DNA of 64,000 nucleotides from the NCBI RefSeq assembly GCF_033153115.1, contig NW_026889779.1, forward strand, positions 3,472,001-3,536,000, written 5' to 3'. Below the pieces are notes generated by a model that saw only the letters and a program-made list of their open reading frames with translations, did not search any database and was not told the DNA's origin. The DNA is from Saccostrea echinata (Eukaryota). Made by a program: the position numbers and the translations under genes. Of the stretch, positions 61,258-64,000 are shown piece after piece; position 1 is the first letter of the stretch, and every line of letters begins with the position of its first letter.

Positions 61258-62328
61258 TTAAAGAATATAAACACCAAAAATTGTGATATCAGCAGTAAAA
61301 GTGATATCCAATAGGACTATACATTGTACATCCTCAGGTACCTTGCACAAATGCCTGGTCTTTTATGAGAAAACTTGTTAAAGTAGCAATACTTTAATCA
61401 CAAGTTCTTGGGGAAAAATTACATATTATTGAGGAACGTGTTCTCTGACCCTAAAAAACATATTAAACACATTTGAGTTGAAAGTCAACGTACAAGTATA
61501 TCAGAAGATTATAAAAGGTAGGGCACCTCAGTGCAAATGATACCAACTCATTAAGAAAACTTCATACATATTTTAAAATCGATAAAAAAAATCGCAATCA
61601 AATTTTCTTCCCAAAAATTAACTGCATTTCGTAAAAGCACACGTCATTGAAAATGATTCCTAAGCTTATCAAATATTTAAGTATTTGGCGCTTATTCCAA
61701 TTCGCTGCTTTTATTAAGATATTAGCATAAATTCATTTCTAGCGATTTCTTTCATATATGATACTGAAACACGCGTTTCTATTTACACAGAGAGCATTTT
61801 GGTTTACAACGAGTTTTAAATACTCCTTTATCTTCAATCAAAGTTGATATTTCATCTGTTTCTTATATAGTAATTACATGTCATTTTTAAATTTCAAAAT
61901 AAATAATGTTCTTTGCAAAAAATCCCATACAAAGAAAAAAATAATTGCAGGCATAATTTCCAAGTTTCACAATGAATAAAGCATGCATGTCATTTTGTAG
62001 CACTGTGCAATTTTATTATATATGCATAAAATTTTTATGGCGTGTTGAGACATATTGATATTTATTAGCACTGAAAGACTAAAAGGTTAATCATAACAAT
62101 AGTCGAATAATCCCCTACCAAAAATATAACTGTCATTAAATGATAAAATGTTAAAGATTCAAATAGGATTTGTAATTAAGAAGAATTACATAAATATGTA
62201 CAATATATGTCGATTTGTATAATCGACAAAACTCACACCAAGGTATAAAGCTAATACTGAACATTCACAACATTAAAATAAATAACATCTTAAATTTGAG
62301 CAAAAACAGACAAGCGTAAAAATGGGTT

Positions 62329-64000
<1,672 letters not shown>

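Overview
AT-rich, intron-rich eukaryotic DNA. The gene and repeat content suggests a bivalve mollusc, probably an oyster (inference). Spliced genes reconstructed by hand with GT-AG boundaries and consistent phases: an HSPA12-like Hsp70 (+, 1257-8043); a non-alpha nicotinic acetylcholine receptor-like subunit (+, 11815-22673); a small unknown protein (+, 26218-26589); mitochondrial ribosomal protein S2 (-, 33591-36844); two tandem secreted paralogues with a lysozyme-like N-terminal domain, VWA and three chitin-binding-like domains (+, 38325-44152 and 44950-50115); and the 3' end of a Gfi1/senseless zinc-finger gene (-, 62329-64000). Four observations stand out. (1) A young 2.7-kb BEL/Pao LTR element in nAChR intron 1 has no pol; its single intact 774-aa ORF fuses Gag in frame to an intronless coiled coil that resembles host CCDC150. 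(2) A 2.7-kb CCCAG-ended DNA transposon sits inside a coding exon of the same nAChR gene and creates splice sites that could remove it in frame. (3) The lysozyme-like/VWA/CBM14 architecture is unusual. (4) The VWA domain is one 570-nt exon in one paralogue and four exons totalling exactly 570 nt in the other. Many MITEs, SINEs and Helitron/satellite-like repeats fill the introns and intergenic DNA. Family assignments come from motif recognition and memory, not database searches.
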